Positions 61,201 through 64,000 of a DNA stretch of 64,000 nt are shown in pieces (positions within the stretch are counted from its first letter, which is position 1; every line of letters starts with the position of its first letter). Origin of the DNA: Tubulanus polymorphus (taxonomy: Eukaryota > Animalia > Nemertea); contig NC_134035.1 of the NCBI RefSeq assembly GCF_964204645.1, forward strand, positions 620,001 to 684,000. Direction: 5' to 3'. Position numbers and translations under genes: made by a program. Below the pieces are notes generated by a model. It ran no database searches. It had not been told where the DNA came from and saw only the letters and a program-made list of their open reading frames with translations.

Positions 61201-63526
61201 AACCTCAGACCCGCTTAGAATTCCCCAAATGGCCCTCGGCAGGTTAAGGAGTTTTAAAACTCAAAAAGGAACAATATTTTTTTAGGCAAAGGAACAAGAT
61301 TTGCTGTTGCCAACAAAACGAATAGAAGCGGGTGATGAATTCACCGGTGCGACTGTCATCGAACCGATCAAGGGATATTACAATATTCCGATCGCGACGT
61401 TAGATTTCTCCTCGTTATATCCGTCAATTATGATGGCTCATAATCTTTGCTACACGACGCTGATAAACCAGCAGAGCATTCAAAAATACAGGTGATTTAT
61501 TCGACAATGTGCATTAACTTCTACGAGTGGTGCCACGTACTGAAAATCAGGGAAAAGTCTGGGCATTTTCTTTCCTTAAAAACAGAGTCATGGAATAATC
61601 AGGAAATTTTGTTTAAAAAAGCTAACAAGGGAAATTTGTTGAAATTGCCAGATCACACGTAGAATCCAACAGTTTCTGTCTATGTCTTAAGTATTTGACT
61701 GTGTTAATTGATTGGATTCTTAGCAGATCAAGTCAGGGCAAATAACAACATGCATGTCAGGGGATAGTCAGGGAAAAAGCGAGTCAACTGAAAGTGGCCA
61801 CCCTACACTAGATTCTACTTATCTTTTCCTCAATGAATTTCAATCTATTTTTGTTTCCATTCTTTACATAAAGCCTGACCAGTGATCAGTACATTAAAAC
61901 GCCGTGCGGAAGTCTCTTCGTCAAATCCACCATCAGAAAGGGATTACTGCCTGAAATTCTCGATGAACTTTTGAAAGCGAGAAAGAAGTAAGCTTGTGAT
62001 ATCATAACTTCGTTGTTTATGAAATATGCTGTGCACGCAGGGCCAGTTACTGAAAAATTACTCAAATTTTTTAAATTTCAGAGCGAAAACCGACTTGAAA
62101 AATGAAACGGACCCGTTCAAGAAGAAAGTCCTCGACGGTCGACAGCTGGCTTTGAAAATTAGCGCTAATTCAGTGTACGGATTCACTGGCGCTCAAGTCG
62201 GCAAATTACCCTGCCTGGAAATATCATCGGTAATTAGTAGACTTTAACGATGGCGTATCACTCTTAAAGTGTGAGCCTACCTGATTATAGAATATACTTG
62301 CGAGTTTTATATTATTGCTGCCACTATCTATAAACATTAATTAGTGAAATCAAGTTGCTCAGGGGCCCCAACGAATGCTTGTAATACTAAAGGGCCACGG
62401 ACCCCCATGAAATGCCTACAACACTACTTTCATCCATCGCTGTAGAAGTGGTTCGGATAAATCAAACCTTCAACTCGAGTTTTAAAGAGGTTGTTTTTTA
62501 TGTAACTGTAGAGCGTTACTGCTTTCGGACGGCTGATGATCGACCAAACTAAAACATTAGTAGAAGAAACCTACACAATTGCCAATGGTTACAAGCACGA
62601 TGCGCAGGTGAGTCTAATTTCCTGCAGAGAGTTTTCTATAGTTGGGGAAAAAGCAAGTCAAATAGAGCGGCCGCCCTGTAATATACATGATCAACAGTTT
62701 GTTGTTAGTTTGTTAATTGTTGGCTCGTTATTTGTAGGTAATTTACGGCGACACAGATTCAGTGATGTGTAAATTCGGCGTCGATACCGTCGCCGAAGCG
62801 ATGGAACTCGGTAAAGAAGCAGCCGATAAAATATCCGAAAAATTCGTTAAACCGATCAAACTGGAATTTGAAAAGGTAAAATCACCATTGATAGTAAACA
62901 CTATGGATGGATCCAAGTTGCGACGATAATATAGCGAGAATCTCACAATGATAATGAAAAATAAAGTCCAAAATGTTTTCTAGAGCTACAGAGTGGAACC
63001 TCGTTACAGCGAACTTCACAGGACCAGTATGAAATTAATTGAATTTTCTTTTTTTTGACACAATTTCATATTTGTTATAGCCGATGAATCGTTGTATCTG
63101 AGTTCATTATAACGAGGTTCCACTGTATTAGTTTATTCGACGTTTCGACTTTATTCTAATAGTCATCTTCAGGAATACGGTATTCATTGAGCCAGTAGTT
63201 TATTCAACATTTTTACTTTATCCTCATAGTCATCTTCAGGAATACTAATGCTAGGTATGGGGTATATTTTTCCCCACTTTCGATCGAGTAATCGCGTTGT
63301 TCATCGGTGAATATCGTTTTAATTGTGAAACCGTTTTTTTGCGCACTGTTTAGGTTTACTTCCCGTACCTGCTGATCAACAAGAAGCGTTACGCCGGTTT
63401 ATATTTCACGCGACCCGACAAACACGACAAAATGGACTGCAAGGGAATCGAAACCGTTCGCAGAGACAACAGCCCCCTAGTGGCAGACCTTATAAACACG
63501 TGCTTGCAGAAGATACTAATCGATCG
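55207..63526 (+). CDS. POLD1: DNA polymerase delta catalytic subunit, partial (3' part continues beyond the window)
   Basis: ATG at 55207 (MSQKRAP..PKRFK). Exo[13 protein letters not shown], Exo[14 protein letters not shown], ExoIII YCMKDA. Polymerase motif [12 protein letters not shown], motif [17 protein letters not shown], motif [10 protein letters not shown]. The last visible exon, 63354-63526, encodes [20 protein letters not shown]. Confidence 0.97.
58401..58560. repeat. Tandem repeat, 3 x 56 bp, in a POLD1 intron
   Basis: CAGAAATATGAAAGATGTTACTGA at 58401, 58457 and 58513. Confidence 0.9.
58878..59103. mobile_element. MITE family C (58878-59009) plus a partial tandem copy
   Basis: GGGCTGCAGTTGCT...AGCAACTGCAGCCC with CTG/CAG flanks. 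The right half is repeated up to ~59103. Confidence 0.7.
60408..60645. mobile_element. Two abutting PIF/Harbinger-type MITEs (family B 60408-60506, family A 60510-60645)
   Basis: Shared TIR G(A/G)CCCAGTTCCA(C/T)AGTC...GACTGTGGAACTGG(G)CC. CAG trinucleotides occur before, between and after the two elements. Confidence 0.75.
62991..63125. mobile_element. Tc1/mariner/pogo-type MITE (same family as 39448-39617)
   Basis: AGTGGAACCTCGTTA...TAACGAGGTTCCACTG followed by TA. Confidence 0.7.
63134..63177 (-). ncRNA. Minimal type I hammerhead ribozyme motif (Penelope-like-element type), antisense in a POLD1 intron
   Basis: Minus strand reads UAUUC-CUGAAGA-U-GACU-auuagaauaa-AGUC-GAAA-CG-UC/GAAUA. Both catalytic boxes are intact, stem II has 4 bp, stem I has 5 bp, stem III is a loopless palindrome, and the cleavage triplet is GUC. 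Confidence 0.75.
63201..63244 (-). ncRNA. Second, degenerate copy of the hammerhead motif
   Basis: Minus strand TATTC-CTGAAGA-TGACT..AGT-AAAAATGTT-GAATA is a tandem duplicate 67 nt from the intact copy, with CGAAAC mutated. Confidence 0.55.
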
Positions 63527-63620
63527 GTACAAAAAATCGAAATAAAAGCAATTGAGCTAATGTCTATTTCAACCTGACTTGAGAGCATTCCGGGTGGCCT
63601 AGCTCACTCACTTTTGGTAA

Positions 63621-63993
63621 TACATACCTGATAAAGGTCTTAGTAGGACCAGAAAGGACAAGCAGACCTAAATCATAATTTTTTAATCCATTTGAAACTG
63701 TATTGAAGGATATCCAAAAAGTCTTCACTGAAAGGGGTTAAATGAAGAAAATAAGACTCCATGATTTGAAAGTTTAACAATATGTTTCCATGCCTACGTA
63801 CCAAACTTCACTTGGTAGGCATGGAGACATATTGTTAAACTTTCAAATCATGGAGTCTCTTTTCTTTCATGAACCCCTCTCAATGCAGACTTTTTGGATA
63901 TCCTTCAATACAGTTTAAAGTGGATTAAAAAACGATGTTTAAGGTCGACTGCCGGTCCTTTCTGGTCCTATTAAGACCTTTATCAGGTATGTA
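63621..63993. mobile_element. Foldback MITE (~370 bp, arms ~175 bp) with TA flanks
   Basis: TA-CATACCTGATAAAGGTCTTA...TAAGACCTTTATCAGGTATG-TA. The arms stay complementary through to the centre (~63805). A solo right arm lies at ~11040-11115. Confidence 0.8.
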
Positions 63994-64000
63994 CTAACAA

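Overview
This is AT-rich, intron-containing animal genomic DNA, probably from a non-arthropod invertebrate such as a lophotrochozoan (inference). It is not prokaryotic and has no CRISPR array. Gene order: BBIP1 (-, 2.0-2.2 kb); an uncharacterised 3-exon secreted protein with a PAN/apple domain (-, 5.9-7.4 kb); a KIF21 kinesin-4/WD40 gene (-, 10.7-26.3 kb); head-to-head with it, a BMAL1/ARNTL clock gene with an intact C-terminal activation domain (+, ~30.5-36.9 kb); a TIF1/TRIM24-28-33/bonus gene (+, 45.2-51.9 kb); and POLD1 (+, 55.2 kb to beyond the window end). Introns and spacers hold many short non-autonomous elements: CWG-flanked Harbinger-type MITEs, Tc1/mariner/pogo-type MITEs, foldbacks, tRNA-derived SINE heads, an RTE-type 5' leader, and mini/microsatellites. 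The strongest non-routine observations are: (1) a tandem pair of minimal hammerhead-ribozyme motifs antisense in a POLD1 intron; (2) an inverted copy of the proximal BMAL1 3'UTR inside a BMAL1 intron, with a 21-nt perfect match lying in a hairpin arm; (3) a polarised 20x28-bp array rich in DRE-like TATCGAT just upstream of POLD1; (4) the PAN-domain secreted protein; (5) an unexplained 1.55-kb element at 41.3-42.8 kb that looks spliced. I found no new multi-gene system. Exon boundaries were read by eye, and family assignments come from recalled motifs, not database searches.
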